Assembly (NCBI GenBank): GCA_036388515.1
Contig: DASVRR010000298.1
Coordinates: forward strand, 1 to 47,598
Source of the DNA: Chthoniobacteraceae bacterium
Lineage (GTDB): Bacteria > Verrucomicrobiota > Verrucomicrobiia > Chthoniobacterales > Chthoniobacteraceae
DNA: 47,598 nucleotides
Direction: 5' to 3'
The notes under the pieces were generated by a model. It was given only the letters and a program-made list of their open reading frames with translations. It ran no database searches and was not told the origin of the DNA. The translations under genes were made by a program, and so were the position numbers. Shown piece after piece: positions 9,420-19,605 of the stretch. Within the stretch, counting starts at the first letter, position 1; each line of letters opens with the position of its first letter.

Positions 9420-11204
9420 TTAGCGTGACCCGGCTGCGGGAATCCAACCGACCGGGAGCTTCCGCTGATCCTGCCGCGCACGGAAGTGGAGACGCCCGTC
9501 TGGCAAGGCTGAGACGTGACATTCAATAGTGGTCGCCCTTTCGGCGGCCGGCCGAATGTCGCGGATGAGGAAGGTTCCTAGCGCGCGCGGGGCAAGGCTG
9601 CTGCCGGTTTGTCCTTGTTGAAGAGCGACGCGCGCTTCAACTCCATCCGCCCGCCAGGGAAATGAACCTTCGCTCGGCAAGGCCGCGCCCGCATTCACCA
9701 CAACTCCGCCGTCGCCGTCGCTCAAGGAGACAATCACCGGACGAACCAGGAATCCGGACGAATGAACCTCCAGCGGCAAGCCGGCGCCCGTGACCAGACC
9801 GCTCCACGCGTCGATCGCCAGCGCAGCGTTTGCCTTGAAATCAGCGGCTGCATCCGGAGCGCTGGCTGCCTTGCGCAAAACGGCGATTGCTTCCTTCACG
9901 AGCCCGAGCTGCTGCAAGACCTGCGCGTAGTTCCAGTCCACGCGCTTCGAGTATTGGCCGCTTTCCAGCTTCGGCTTGATCACCTTCGCCAGCTTCGCAA
10001 AATCCCGCGCATCTCCGATGGCAGCCGTGTAATGCAGGATGACGTCCTCGGCTTCGGGATCGATGGCGTAGGCACGTTCCGCCCAGCGGACCGCAGTTTT
10101 TGCGTCCCCGCGGCGGCGGGCCAGTTCGCTCGCGAGAACAAAGGCCATCCACGAGCGACGTTCTTCCCCAAAGCGACCCAAGGCATCTTCTTTGCCGGGA
10201 TCATGTTCCGTGGGGGAAAGCTGGAAGCGCAGCCCGAGCGCCGGTTGCACGTTTGGGTCGAGTTCGAGCACTTTGTCCAGAGCAACGCGCTCGCCTTCTC
10301 CGTCACCCGCTGCGTTGCAGATCTGCGCGAGGTGAAAGTAGCCCTGCGGATCCTCCGGATGCAGTTCCGTGTAGCGAGTGATCGCCTGACGTGCCTGATC
10401 AAATTGGCCGGCCATGCGCCAGGCCGCAGCCATTGCCAGCAGAGTGCGTGGATGATCCGGACGAAGTTGCAGAGCTCGTTGCAGGGCTTGCAGACCGATG
10501 TCCGGAACAAGTCCGTCGCGCAGAAGTTGTTCGCCCCGACTGAGCATCTGATCCGGATCATTCGCGAGCTGTTGCAACTGTTGCGCCACCATTTGCCGGA
10601 ACTGCGGCATGTCCACGAAAGCTGCGCTGCTCGGATCTTTCGGATCCCGCATCAGCTTCACCAGCACACGAAGTTGCGCCAAGCCTTCCAGGGCCGTGCG
10701 ATCTCCCGGAGCGATCTCCAGCACCTTCCGGAAAGCCTCGATTGCCTCCTCTCGAGCTCCGCGCATCGCCAGCAAAATCCCGACATTGTTCCAGATGGCG
10801 GCCACGCGGGGCGTTTTCTCCGCAGCCTCGCGATAATGCTGCAGCGCATCCTCCTCGCGCCCTTCCAGACGCGCCACCATGCCGAGGTGATAACGCGCGA
10901 ACGCGGTGCCCGGATGAAGACGTTCGAATTCCTCCAGCAACTCGCGAGCGCGAACCACTTCACTGTCTTCCAGCGACTCGGCGAGTTCATCCAGAACGTT
11001 CGCCGCCAGTGCAAAGTGCACCCACGGATCGCCCGCATCTGCACCCATGGAGTCGATCGCACGCAGCATATGCTCGATCTCAAACGGATCGCTGTTTGCC
11101 ACATCCGGGGAAATGTCCGACGGCCAGGGAATCCGGGTGGGCAAGCCGAAGAAGGGCAGTTCCCAAGAAGTCGATTCGATCCAGGAATAAGCAGTTTCAG
11201 TCAT
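9420..11204 (-). CDS. TPR-repeat protein with C-terminal Hsp70 substrate-binding-like beta domain
   Basis: TPR motifs (AIWNNVGILL..EAIEAFRKVLEIAP; GYFHLAQI..LDKVLELDP). The last ~110 aa resemble DnaK SBD-beta by eye (see findings). Confidence 0.75.
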   Translation of the reverse strand: MTETAYSWIESTSWELPFFGLPTRIPWPSDISPDVANSDPFEIEHMLRAIDSMGADAGDPWVHFALAANVLDELAESLEDSEVVRARELLEEFERLHPGTAFARYHLGMVARLEGREEDALQHYREAAEKTPRVAAIWNNVGILLAMRGAREEAIEAFRKVLEIAPGDRTALEGLAQLRVLVKLMRDPKDPSSAAFVDMPQFRQMVAQQLQQLANDPDQMLSRGEQLLRDGLVPDIGLQALQRALQLRPDHPRTLLAMAAAWRMAGQFDQARQAITRYTELHPEDPQGYFHLAQICNAAGDGEGERVALDKVLELDPNVQPALGLRFQLSPTEHDPGKEDALGRFGEERRSWMAFVLASELARRRGDAKTAVRWAERAYAIDPEAEDVILHYTAAIGDARDFAKLAKVIKPKLESGQYSKRVDWNYAQVLQQLGLVKEAIAVLRKAASAPDAAADFKANAALAIDAWSGLVTGAGLPLEVHSSGFLVRPVIVSLSDGDGGVVVNAGAALPSEGSFPWRADGVEARVALQQGQTGSSLAPRALGTFLIRDIRPAAERATTIECHVSALPDGRLHFRARQDQRKLPVGWIPAAGSR

Positions 11205-11222
11205 GCGGAGAAAGGGGCGCGC

Positions 11223-11251
11223 AGCATCGGAGGGCGGTCGGTCGATGTCAA
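11223..11251 (-). promoter_or_regulatory. Putative sigma70 promoter of the TPR gene
   Basis: Minus strand TTGACA-17 nt-GATGCT, ending 18 nt upstream of ATG 11204. Confidence 0.5.
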
Positions 11252-11294
11252 CGGCTCGCCCGGATGAGGAAAGGCAGATTTGTGGAGAAAGGAC

Positions 11295-11323
11295 TTGAAG
11301 AGTGATTCAGGTGGGATTACAAC
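11295..11323 (+). promoter_or_regulatory. Putative sigma70 promoter of the Xre-RES operon
   Basis: TTGAAG-17 nt-TACAAC. The spacing favours the second ATG (11333) as the start on a near-leaderless mRNA. Confidence 0.35.
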
Positions 11324-11836
11324 ATGTCTCATATGAAAGAGCGTTCCGTTGTCCAGCAAGAGCCAGCTCTTTATCTCGCGGCGGTGCCGAGATCGGCCGG
11401 CGCTGGCTCACCGAAAGGGCTCGTTCGTCAGCACCTCGCTGCCGCCGGAGAAAGGAGCCTCCAAGGTGGAGTCTCCGCATTGGTCGCCGTCGTCCGGCAG
11501 GGGCTGCATTTTTCTGAGCTTGAGTCCCTCCGAGACCAGCTCGAACTCCCCATGGATCGGCTCGCAGGTTATCTCGGGCTGGCTCGGGCTACGGTTCATC
11601 GGCGTAAATTGAGCGGTCAACTGACGCCGGATGAATCCGACAAAGTCCTGCGATTCGCCCGGCTGCTCGGGCAAGCCACACGCCTTTTCGGTTCTGTCGA
11701 AGAAGCGCAAGGCTGGTTGAATACGCCGCAGCATGGATTGGGTGGAGCGGTGCCGTTGGAATATGCGGGGACCGAGGTGGGTTCCCGCGAAGTAGAGAGT
11801 CTGCTCGGGCGGATCGATTACGGCGTTTATTCCTGA
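11324..11836 (+). CDS. Xre/MbcA/ParS-family antitoxin
   Basis: HTH segment LAGYLGLARATVHRRK, LTPDESDKVLRFAR, WLNTP..GLGG.VPLE...TEVG..EVE.LLGRIDYGVYS; coupled to the RES gene. The start may be 11333. Confidence 0.92.
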   Translation: MSHMKERSVVQQEPALYLAAVPRSAGAGSPKGLVRQHLAAAGERSLQGGVSALVAVVRQGLHFSELESLRDQLELPMDRLAGYLGLARATVHRRKLSGQLTPDESDKVLRFARLLGQATRLFGSVEEAQGWLNTPQHGLGGAVPLEYAGTEVGSREVESLLGRIDYGVYS

Positions 11837-12300
11837 TGCTCCGGAGCTGGCGGATCGTCCGTGAGGCGCGGGAGACCGACGCTTTCACAGGCGAAGGAGC
11901 CAGGCAGTTTGGCGGACGCTGGAACTCTGCAGGGCGCGCAATGGTTTACACGAGCGAACATTCGTCCTTGGCTGCGCTCGAGATCCTGGTTCATCTCACT
12001 CCGAGGCCCGATTGGCGGTTCAAAGTCTTCCGGGTGCAGTTTGGGGAAGACCTCGTCGAGCACATCGGCCTGGAGGTTCTCGCGGGCGATTGGCGAATTT
12101 CCCCTCCGCCTGCTTCCACGCGAGAGATCGGAGATCGATGGATCCGGGAGCAACGGTCCGCAGTGCTCGCGGTGCCGAGCGCCATCGTTCCGGTGGAGAC
12201 CAGTTACCTCCTCAACCCCGCGCACCCGGATTTCTTCCGCATCCGGATTGATCCGTCGCAGGATTTTGCCTTCGACCCGCGCTTGCTCGGCGTCGCTTAA
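11836..12300 (+). CDS. RES-domain toxin (NAD+ phosphorylase type)
   Basis: [46 protein letters not shown]; TGATG overlap with the antitoxin. Confidence 0.93.
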   Translation: MLRSWRIVREARETDAFTGEGARQFGGRWNSAGRAMVYTSEHSSLAALEILVHLTPRPDWRFKVFRVQFGEDLVEHIGLEVLAGDWRISPPPASTREIGDRWIREQRSAVLAVPSAIVPVETSYLLNPAHPDFFRIRIDPSQDFAFDPRLLGVA

Positions 12301-13391
12301 CCCGCGATCAGCCGCATGATCTCGGATTTCTCCGCTTTGGCGGGAATCACCGAGCCGCATTGTTCCCGGGCGATGTCCGGATCTTTCAGGCCGTGCCCTG
12401 TCACCGTGCAGACGATCCGGCTTCCTTCCCGGACTTGCGGAAAAGGACACGTGCCGCAGCGGTCGGCACCCAAACACTTAAACAAACCGGCAATGCTGGC
12501 GGCACTCGCCGGTTCGACAAAGATGCCTTCGTTCTCCGCAAGCCACCGCTGCGCTGCGAGGATCTCGGCATCACTGACAATGTCCACCGATCCCCGGCTG
12601 TCGCGGATCGCGGCGTTCGCCAGTTCCCAGCTCGCCGGGTTCCCGATCCGGATCGCCGTCGCGATCGTGTCTGGCTTCTCGACGACCTTTCCGTGGAAAA
12701 TCGGCGCTGATCCCGCGGCTTGGAAGCCTGTCATCTGCGGGAGTTTCGTGGTCTTCCCGAGCTGATGGAATTCCTGATAACCCATCCAATAGGCGCTGAT
12801 GTTTCCCGCATTGCCGACCGGGAGAACGTGAATGTCGGGAGCATCTCCGAGTTCCTCCACAATCTCGAACGCTGCGGTCTTCTGTCCCTGCAGCCGAAAG
12901 GGATTGATCGAGTTCACGATCGCGATCGGCTCGGTCTGGCCGATCTCGCGGACGAGTCTGAGCGCGTCGTCAAAGTTTCCGTCCACCGCGACCACTTTTG
13001 CTCCATACATGAAGGCCTGCGCGAGCTTCCCGAAGGCAATCTTCCCCGCGGGCAGCAGCACGATGCATTGGATGCTCGCGCGTGCAGCATAAGCCGCGGC
13101 GGCGGCGCTGGTGTTCCCGGTGCTGGCGCAAATCACCGCCTCCGCGCCAGCTTCGACGGCCTTGGAAAGCGCGACCGTCATCCCGCGATCCTTGAACGAT
13201 CCGGTCGGATTCAGTCCCTCATACTTGATGTAAAGTTCGCAGCCGCGACCGACGCGCGCGCTGAGTTTCGGGGAGTGAATCAGCGGCGTGGAGCCTTCAT
13301 TCAGCGAGACAAACGGCGTCGCATCGGTGACCGGCAAAAACTCGCGCCAACGCGCCAGGACGCCGCGATCATGCAAAGGCTGGAGCATCAT
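12297..13391 (-). CDS. thrC: Threonine synthase
   Basis: [18 protein letters not shown] motif, [30 protein letters not shown]; ATGA overlap with hom gives start 13391. Confidence 0.95.
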   Translation of the reverse strand: MMLQPLHDRGVLARWREFLPVTDATPFVSLNEGSTPLIHSPKLSARVGRGCELYIKYEGLNPTGSFKDRGMTVALSKAVEAGAEAVICASTGNTSAAAAAYAARASIQCIVLLPAGKIAFGKLAQAFMYGAKVVAVDGNFDDALRLVREIGQTEPIAIVNSINPFRLQGQKTAAFEIVEELGDAPDIHVLPVGNAGNISAYWMGYQEFHQLGKTTKLPQMTGFQAAGSAPIFHGKVVEKPDTIATAIRIGNPASWELANAAIRDSRGSVDIVSDAEILAAQRWLAENEGIFVEPASAASIAGLFKCLGADRCGTCPFPQVREGSRIVCTVTGHGLKDPDIAREQCGSVIPAKAEKSEIMRLIAG

Positions 13392-14683
13392 GCGAAATTC
13401 TCCACACGGATCATCCGCGGCGGTTTCTTGACTGCGGGGAGCGCGGCGATCTTCTCCAGTGCTTCGGCCATTTGGCCATGGCTGGCCTTGTGGATGAGGA
13501 GGATCAGCGGAACGACTTCGCCTTCCTCCCCCTCGGGCTGGAGGATCGACGAGATCCCGATGTTCAGGTTCCCCAGCGTGCCGGCGATCTGCGCCATGAC
13601 TCCCGGACGATCTTCCACCAGGACGCGCAGGTAATACTCCGAGATGATCCGGTCGAGCGGCTTGCACGTGCCGTAAAGTCCGTGCGGCATGAAGCCGTAA
13701 TTGCTCCGCGGCGAAAGCAGCGCCGCCGCCGCTTCCGCGATGTCCGCGATCACCGAGCTGGAGGTCGGATCCTGACCCGCGCCGCGTCCGTAGAAGAGCG
13801 TGTCGCCGACGACATCCCCGTGGACGGCGAGCGCGTTGAAAACACCGTTGACGCTCGCGAGCACGTGTTTTTCCGGAATCAAAGTCGGATGCACGCGGAC
13901 TTCGATCTCGCTGTTCGCGTCGGCCTTGATGATCCCGAGCAGCTTGATCGAGTAGCCGAGTTTCTTCGCAAAACAGATGTCGTTCGCGGTGATGCTTTCG
14001 ATTCCCTCGACGAAGATCTTGTCCGCCGGAACCCAGAATCCGTAGGCGAGCGACGCGAGAATGATCGCCTTGTGCGCGGCGTCCCAGCCATTCACATCCA
14101 GGGTCGGATCGGCTTCCGCATAACCGGCGGCTTGTGCTTCCGCGAGCGCGTCGCCAAAGCTCAGCCCGCTCTCCACCATGCGGGTGAGAATGTAGTTGCT
14201 CGTGCCGTTGATGATCCCGTGGACCGATTGGATGTGGTTCGCGATGAACGCCTCGCGGATCGACTTGATGATCGGGATTCCGCCCGCGACCGCCGCCTCG
14301 AAGAAGACCGGAACCTTGTGCCGCGTCGCCGCCTCGAAGATCTCCCGGCCGTGTTCCGCCAGCAGGGCTTTGTTCCCCGTGACAACGATCTTCCCGCGCT
14401 CGATGGCACCGAGCATCAGCCGCAAGCTTTCGTCCTTTTGCCCCATCAGCTCCACGACGATCTGGATCGTCGGATCATCCAGCAAATCCTCCCAGCGCGT
14501 GGTGAGCAGCTCGGCCGGCACTTTCACCCCGCGATCCCGACCCACATCGCGCACGGCGATCTTCCGCACTTCGAGCTCAAAGCCGAGCCGCTCCCGGAGC
14601 AAGGCGCGGTTCTGCGTCAGGTGCTTGAAGACACCTGCGCCGACGTTCCCCATACCCGCGAGGCCGATGCCAAATTGCTGCAT
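13388..14683 (-). CDS. hom: Homoserine dehydrogenase with ACT domain
   Basis: [55 protein letters not shown]-terminal [10 protein letters not shown]. Confidence 0.96.
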   Translation of the reverse strand: MQQFGIGLAGMGNVGAGVFKHLTQNRALLRERLGFELEVRKIAVRDVGRDRGVKVPAELLTTRWEDLLDDPTIQIVVELMGQKDESLRLMLGAIERGKIVVTGNKALLAEHGREIFEAATRHKVPVFFEAAVAGGIPIIKSIREAFIANHIQSVHGIINGTSNYILTRMVESGLSFGDALAEAQAAGYAEADPTLDVNGWDAAHKAIILASLAYGFWVPADKIFVEGIESITANDICFAKKLGYSIKLLGIIKADANSEIEVRVHPTLIPEKHVLASVNGVFNALAVHGDVVGDTLFYGRGAGQDPTSSSVIADIAEAAAALLSPRSNYGFMPHGLYGTCKPLDRIISEYYLRVLVEDRPGVMAQIAGTLGNLNIGISSILQPEGEEGEVVPLILLIHKASHGQMAEALEKIAALPAVKKPPRMIRVENFA

Positions 14684-14698
14684 AAGAAAGGGCGCGGA

Positions 14699-15907
14699 CT
14701 ATCGCGCAGCGCTCTCCGGAGAGGCAAGTGGATTCCCGGCTGGAGCGCCAAAGACCGGCCGTCCCGCGACGAAAGTCTGCGTCACCCGGAAGTCGTCATC
14801 GAAGACCACCAGATCTGCGTCCGCGCCGATCGCGAGGAGTCCTTTCCTTTGCTCCAAGCCAAGCGCGCGAGCTGGATTCAGCGTCGCCATTTGCACCGCC
14901 TCCGTCAGCGGAACTCCGGCGAATTCCACCATCCCGCGCACGCAGCGAATCATCTCCGCGGTGCTGCCGGCGAGCGCCTGACCGTCCGCCGTCAGGCCGA
15001 CCGCACCCCGCACCACGCAGGCAATTTGCCCGAGCGAAAACCGTTCTTCTTCCGCAAGTCCGGCACCCGCAGTCGCGTCGGTGATGAGCGCGATTCCAGC
15101 CGGCCCTTTCGCCTGGTAAAGCATCCGCAACAGCGTGGGTGAGACGTGTCTTCCATCCGCGATGACTTCACAGAGGATCTCCGGTTCGCTGAGCGCAAAC
15201 TCCAGCAAACCCGCTTCGCGGAAAGGTCCGCGCCGGCGTGCGGAGGACATGCAATTGAAGGTGTGCGTCACCTGGCGCATTCCGTGCGCGAAGGCTGCGC
15301 TTGCTTCCTCCGCCCAAGCGTCGCTGTGCCCGCCGCTCACCCGGATCCCAGCACGGGAAAAGGTTTCGATGAGCTCCAGCGCGCCCGGAAGTTCCGGAGC
15401 AATGGTGATCTGCGTGAGGACGTCAGCATGGGGGAGAAACTGCTCCCATTCCGCGCGTTGAGGATTCCGGATGAGATCCCGCCGATGCGCGCCGGGTTTC
15501 TCCGGAGAAAAATACGGTCCTTCCAAATGCACGCCGAGAACCTGTGCTCCGTCCGGAGCAGGCGCGGTCCGGTAAGCTTCCGCCGCGCGGAGCACGCGCA
15601 GGATTTCGTCCGTTGTCGCGGTGATCGTGGTCAGCGCCACGGAAGTCGTGCCGCCGCGCGCATGGTACCGGCAGATCGCCGCAAACGCGTCCGCATTTGC
15701 TTCCATGGTGTCGCGCCGCAAAGCTCCGTGGAGATGAAGATCGATGAAGCCCGGAGCCAAAAACTTCCCGCTCAGGTCGAGCACCTCTTCTTCCGGAAGA
15801 AGAACCGCGTCGCCCGTCAGCAACGCGGAAATCTTCCCCGCGGAAATCCGCAAGTGACCTTGCGTCAGCCGATCAGGAAGAATGAGCCGGGCGTTGCGCA
15901 GCAGCAT
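14699..15907 (-). CDS. nagA: N-acetylglucosamine-6-phosphate deacetylase
   Basis: PGFIDLHLHG, HLEGPY, APE, GHS, THTFNCM, IADGRHV, ITDA, LAGS; start trimmed to ATG 15907. Confidence 0.93.
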   Translation of the reverse strand: MLLRNARLILPDRLTQGHLRISAGKISALLTGDAVLLPEEEVLDLSGKFLAPGFIDLHLHGALRRDTMEANADAFAAICRYHARGGTTSVALTTITATTDEILRVLRAAEAYRTAPAPDGAQVLGVHLEGPYFSPEKPGAHRRDLIRNPQRAEWEQFLPHADVLTQITIAPELPGALELIETFSRAGIRVSGGHSDAWAEEASAAFAHGMRQVTHTFNCMSSARRRGPFREAGLLEFALSEPEILCEVIADGRHVSPTLLRMLYQAKGPAGIALITDATAGAGLAEEERFSLGQIACVVRGAVGLTADGQALAGSTAEMIRCVRGMVEFAGVPLTEAVQMATLNPARALGLEQRKGLLAIGADADLVVFDDDFRVTQTFVAGRPVFGAPAGNPLASPESAAR

Positions 15908-15914
15908 GGCGGAA

Positions 15915-16697
15915 TCAGGCTCGCTGCCACGCGGGCTTATGCGCAAAGACCCACCGATAGTAATCCGCGCGCCGGAGTTGCGCGGCCGCCAGTTCATCCA
16001 CAATCAGGACGCAGCGCGGATGCATCTGCAAAATGGACGCCGGGACATCGGCGGTGATCGGACCTTCGACCATCGCCTGCACCGCCGCCGACTTCTTCCC
16101 GCCGGTCGCGAGCACGACGATTTGCCGCGCCTCCATGATCGTCCCCACGCCCATCGTGATCACATGCCGCGGCACCTCCGCTTCGCTGCCGAAGAACCGC
16201 GCGTTATCCGCAATCGTCCGCAGCGTCAGCGTCTTCAGCCGGGTGCGCGAACTCAGGGAAGAACTCGGTTCGTTGAAGCCGATGTGTCCGTCGGAACCAA
16301 TCCCGAGCAGTTGCAGATCGATGCCGCCCGCGCGCCGGATCGCGTCTTCATATTCCGCGCAGTGCGCGGGAATGTCGCGCGCCAAGCCGTCGGGAACATG
16401 CGTGTTCGCCAGCGGCAAATTGATTCGCGCGAAAAGCTGCTCCCGCATGTAGGCGCCATACGACAGCGGATGATCGCGGGGCAAACCGACGTATTCGTCG
16501 AGGTTGAAGCTGACGGCGCGAGCGAAGTCGATCCGGCGATCCGCGTGGAGCGCGATAAGTTCCTGATACAGCCCCAGCGGCGTGCTGCCGGTCGCGAGGC
16601 CGAGCACGCTCGTGGGCTTGGCGGCGAGCTGGCGTTCGAAGAGGCGCGCCGCTTCCTTGCTGACCGCAGCGGCGTCGGGTTGAATGATCACTTCCAT
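15915..16697 (-). CDS. nagB: Glucosamine-6-phosphate deaminase
   Basis: LGLATGSTP, FNLDEYVGL, LLGIGSDGHIGFNEP, ITMGVGTI, PASILQMH. Confidence 0.96.
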   Translation of the reverse strand: MEVIIQPDAAAVSKEAARLFERQLAAKPTSVLGLATGSTPLGLYQELIALHADRRIDFARAVSFNLDEYVGLPRDHPLSYGAYMREQLFARINLPLANTHVPDGLARDIPAHCAEYEDAIRRAGGIDLQLLGIGSDGHIGFNEPSSSLSSRTRLKTLTLRTIADNARFFGSEAEVPRHVITMGVGTIMEARQIVVLATGGKKSAAVQAMVEGPITADVPASILQMHPRCVLIVDELAAAQLRRADYYRWVFAHKPAWQRA

Positions 16698-16711
16698 CGT
16701 CGCCGCAACCT

Positions 16712-17110
16712 ATGAGCATGCCGTCGGATTTTCACACTCGAAAAGCAGCCCGGCTCGCGGCCTTGCGGCTCGATGCCGCCGACTTTGAGGAGAAGTTTGC
16801 GCGCAGCTCCGGACCAGGCGGCCAGCACGTCAATAAAGTCTCCACCGCTGTGACGCTGCGCCACGTGCCGACTGGCGCCGCGGTCACGGTGCAGGATTCC
16901 CGGTCGCAATCCATGAACCGCCAGCTGGCTTGGGAACGGCTGCTCGAAAGCATCGAGACGCAGCGTCGGGAGCAAAAAGCGGCGGAACGTTCCGCGCGGG
17001 AAAAAGTTCGCCGGCAAAATGCCAAGCGGCCTTGGGGAGTAAAGCAACGGATCCTGGACGGGAAGAAGCGGCGCTCGCAGGTGAAGAAGCTGCGCGGGAA
17101 AGATTTTTAG
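16712..17110 (+). CDS. ArfB/YaeJ-like peptidyl-tRNA hydrolase (release factor-like)
   Basis: FARSSGPGGQHVNK (GGQ), RSQ.MNR, basic C-terminal tail. Confidence 0.85.
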   Translation: MSMPSDFHTRKAARLAALRLDAADFEEKFARSSGPGGQHVNKVSTAVTLRHVPTGAAVTVQDSRSQSMNRQLAWERLLESIETQRREQKAAERSAREKVRRQNAKRPWGVKQRILDGKKRRSQVKKLRGKDF

Positions 17111-17766
17111 CGCGGAGAATCTTCCGGAGGCGCTGGGTTTTTCTTCCGGAAGAACCAGCCTTGCACCGCGAGCCAGAGCAGCGCCGGCACCGCCACGCTG
17201 AGTCCCAGCGCGAGACCAGGTCGGGATTGTCCCGCTGCGCCGATCGCCGCGTAAACAAAACCCATCGGGATGGATCCGCAGGCCAGCGAAAGAACGAAGA
17301 TGCGGAACGGCATCCGCGTGACTCCGGCGAGACACGCGACGACTTCCGGAAGCAGCGGCAGGCAGCGCGAAACCGCCACGAGCCAGGGACCGCGCTCGCG
17401 GAAGAGCGCTTCACCACGGGTAAGGTCCGCCGCTCCCGCGAGGCGTTCGGCGAGCCTCCGGCCAAAGCGGCGGCAAAGTCCGTAGCCGAGCATTCCGGAA
17501 GCAAATGATCCCGCCGCCGAGATCGTTCCGCCGAGGACGGCGCCATAGATGTAACCCGCTGCCGCCATGACTCCCGTCGCCGGCAAAGGCAAAACCAAGT
17601 CGGCGCCGAGCAAGGCAATCACCGCGAGCCAGCCCAATCTTCCCCAGCTCAGAACCCAGCGGATCGCCGCATCTCCGCTGAACCAGCCGCCGAGCACATC
17701 GCCCCACAGCAAGAAAGGAACGAGCAGCAAAACGGCGAGGCCGATGGAAAGCCAGAGCAGGCGCAT
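17107..17766 (-). CDS. DedA/VTT (TVP38) family membrane protein
   Basis: ADLVLPLP, YG...GG, RCLPLLPE...LAG..RMPF.IF; start trimmed to ATG 17766. Confidence 0.8.
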   Translation of the reverse strand: MRLLWLSIGLAVLLLVPFLLWGDVLGGWFSGDAAIRWVLSWGRLGWLAVIALLGADLVLPLPATGVMAAAGYIYGAVLGGTISAAGSFASGMLGYGLCRRFGRRLAERLAGAADLTRGEALFRERGPWLVAVSRCLPLLPEVVACLAGVTRMPFRIFVLSLACGSIPMGFVYAAIGAAGQSRPGLALGLSVAVPALLWLAVQGWFFRKKNPAPPEDSPR

Positions 17767-17907
17767 GGGGAAGATTTCTCGTTCACTCCGTGCGAAAACA
17801 AAAGCCAGCTGCATCTCCGACGCACACACTTTGGTCCCAATTTGTTCCCCAACTTTTCCTCCGAAGCTTGTGCCGTCCAGCCGATCGACCTTATTCCCGA
17901 ACTCCGG

Positions 17908-18270
17908 ATGACCGCCTATTTCCTCGTCGCTCTCGGCAGCGCGCTCGGCGGTGTCTTGCGCTTTTGGCTCGGCGAACTGGCGAGCGACAAACTCGGCGCG
18001 CCGCATCACGGCACGCTGGTCGTCAATGTCAGCGGATCCCTGATCATTGGGGCAATCGCGGCCGCCGGTCCGCAACCGTTCACGCGTCAGCTCGTCATCA
18101 TCGGACTGCTCGGCGGCTACACCACCTTTTCCTCATTTAGCCTCCAGACACTCGAGCTGGTGCACGCCGGCCGCTGGGCGACCGCCGGTTGGAACGTGCT
18201 GCTTTCCCTGGTTCTCTCACTTGCCGCGGTCTGGCTGGGGCATCTTTGCGGTGCCGCCTGGCGTCGCTGA
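17908..18270 (+). CDS. crcB: Fluoride channel CrcB/FluC
   Basis: VALGSALGGVLRF, GTLVVNVSGS, GLLGGYTTFSSF; 4 TM segments. Confidence 0.93.
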   Translation: MTAYFLVALGSALGGVLRFWLGELASDKLGAPHHGTLVVNVSGSLIIGAIAAAGPQPFTRQLVIIGLLGGYTTFSSFSLQTLELVHAGRWATAGWNVLLSLVLSLAAVWLGHLCGAAWRR

Positions 18271-18343
18271 GCTGCAGCTGCGTCTTCGGGGAAGAGCATC
18301 AACTTACCCCTAACGCCTTTGCTCCGCACGATTCCGGTGGAAC

Positions 18344-18577
18344 ATGAAACCCGCAGCCATCGTCGGCATCCTCCTCATCATCGTCGGCGTCATCGCGCTG
18401 GCGTATCAGGGCTTCACTTACACCACTCGCGAAAACAAAAAGCTGGTGGATCTCGGTCCGCTTCAGGTGAACGCCTCCGTGGAGAAGAAGAACACCGTGC
18501 CGCTTCCGCCGATCCTCGGAGTGGCGGTTCTGGCTGGCGGCGTCGTGCTGCTCGTCATCAGTGGGCGGAAGAACTAG
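18344..18577 (+). CDS. Small two-TM membrane protein (DUF3185-like)
   Basis: TM - YTT..K.VDLGPLQV...EK.TVPLPP - TM pattern. Confidence 0.7.
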   Translation: MKPAAIVGILLIIVGVIALAYQGFTYTTRENKKLVDLGPLQVNASVEKKNTVPLPPILGVAVLAGGVVLLVISGRKN

Positions 18578-18642
18578 CTGCCAAAGCGCGCGGGTGATCG
18601 GAGTTGCGGCGCAGATGGCTTTTCGGCAGCGTCTCCGGCCCG

Positions 18643-19512
18643 ATGTCTTCCTCTCAGCTTCTCACGCTTGGTCATTCGCCCGATCCGGACGACGCGTTCA
18701 TGTTTTACGCGCTCGCGGAACACAAGATCGACACCGGCCGCTGGCAGTTTGAACACATCCTGCAAGATATCCAGACGCTGAACGAGCGCGCCACCCGCGG
18801 CGAATTGCATATTTCCGCGATCTCGATCCACGCCTACGCGCATGTCCTGGATCGCTACGCGCTGCTCCCTTGTGGCGCGAGCATGGGCGACGGTTACGGC
18901 CCGATGATCATTGCTCGCGCCGGCACCGCTTTGCCCGATCTTCAGGATGAAAACGCCGTGATCTCCTGGCTGCGGGAGCGCCGGATTGCCGTGCCGGGCC
19001 GGATGACCAGCGCGTTTCTTTCCCTGCGAATCTTTATGGGGGAAGTGAACGATGTCGTCGTCCCGTTCGATCAGATCTTCGACGAAGTTGCCTCCGGTCG
19101 CGCCGACGTCGGGCTGATCATCCACGAAGGCCAGCTCACCTACGCGCGCGACGGATTCGTCAAGGTCATCGACTTCGGCGAATGGTGGAAGGCGAAGAGA
19201 GGATTGCCTTTACCGCTGGGCGGAAATGTCATCCGGAAGGATCTCGCGCCCGCCGATCGCAGTGAGATCAACTTGATCCTCCGCGAAAGCATCCGCTACG
19301 GGCTGGAACACCGCGCCGCTGGAGTCGCTCACGCCATGCCCTTGGCGCGCGGCATGGATACAGATCTCGCGGATCGTTTCATCGGGATGTACGTGAATGA
19401 CTATACGTTGGATTACGGCGACAGCGGCCGCGCCGCGATCCGCGAATTCCTCGGCCAGGCCCACGCCGCCCACCTCATCCCCGCACCCGTGGAGTTGGAA
19501 TTCGTTAGCTAA
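18643..19512 (+). CDS. mqnD: 1,4-dihydroxy-6-naphthoate synthase (futalosine pathway; MqnA/MqnD family)
   Basis: LGHSPDPDDAFMFYAL, DIQTLN, GASMGDGYGP, IIHEGQLTY, LPLPLG, FIGMYVN. Confidence 0.88.
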   Translation: MSSSQLLTLGHSPDPDDAFMFYALAEHKIDTGRWQFEHILQDIQTLNERATRGELHISAISIHAYAHVLDRYALLPCGASMGDGYGPMIIARAGTALPDLQDENAVISWLRERRIAVPGRMTSAFLSLRIFMGEVNDVVVPFDQIFDEVASGRADVGLIIHEGQLTYARDGFVKVIDFGEWWKAKRGLPLPLGGNVIRKDLAPADRSEINLILRESIRYGLEHRAAGVAHAMPLARGMDTDLADRFIGMYVNDYTLDYGDSGRAAIREFLGQAHAAHLIPAPVELEFVS

Positions 19513-19517
19513 ACCGC
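19504..19517 (+). repeat. 14-bp direct repeat GTTAGCTAAACCGC, copy 1
   Basis: Identical to 20357-20370; overlaps the mqnD stop codon (TAA 19510-19512). Confidence 0.9.
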
Positions 19518-19605
19518 GGCGAACGCTCGCTCGACAATGCTGTAAGCTCGTTGACGAATCTGCCCCAGTTTAGATTTGCCGGGTCGTGTCATAGAGCATG
19601 TCACG

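Noticed and set aside
17767-17907. Fluoride riboswitch upstream of crcB
   Set aside because: No GGNGATGG...GCTRATGAC-type consensus in the leader.
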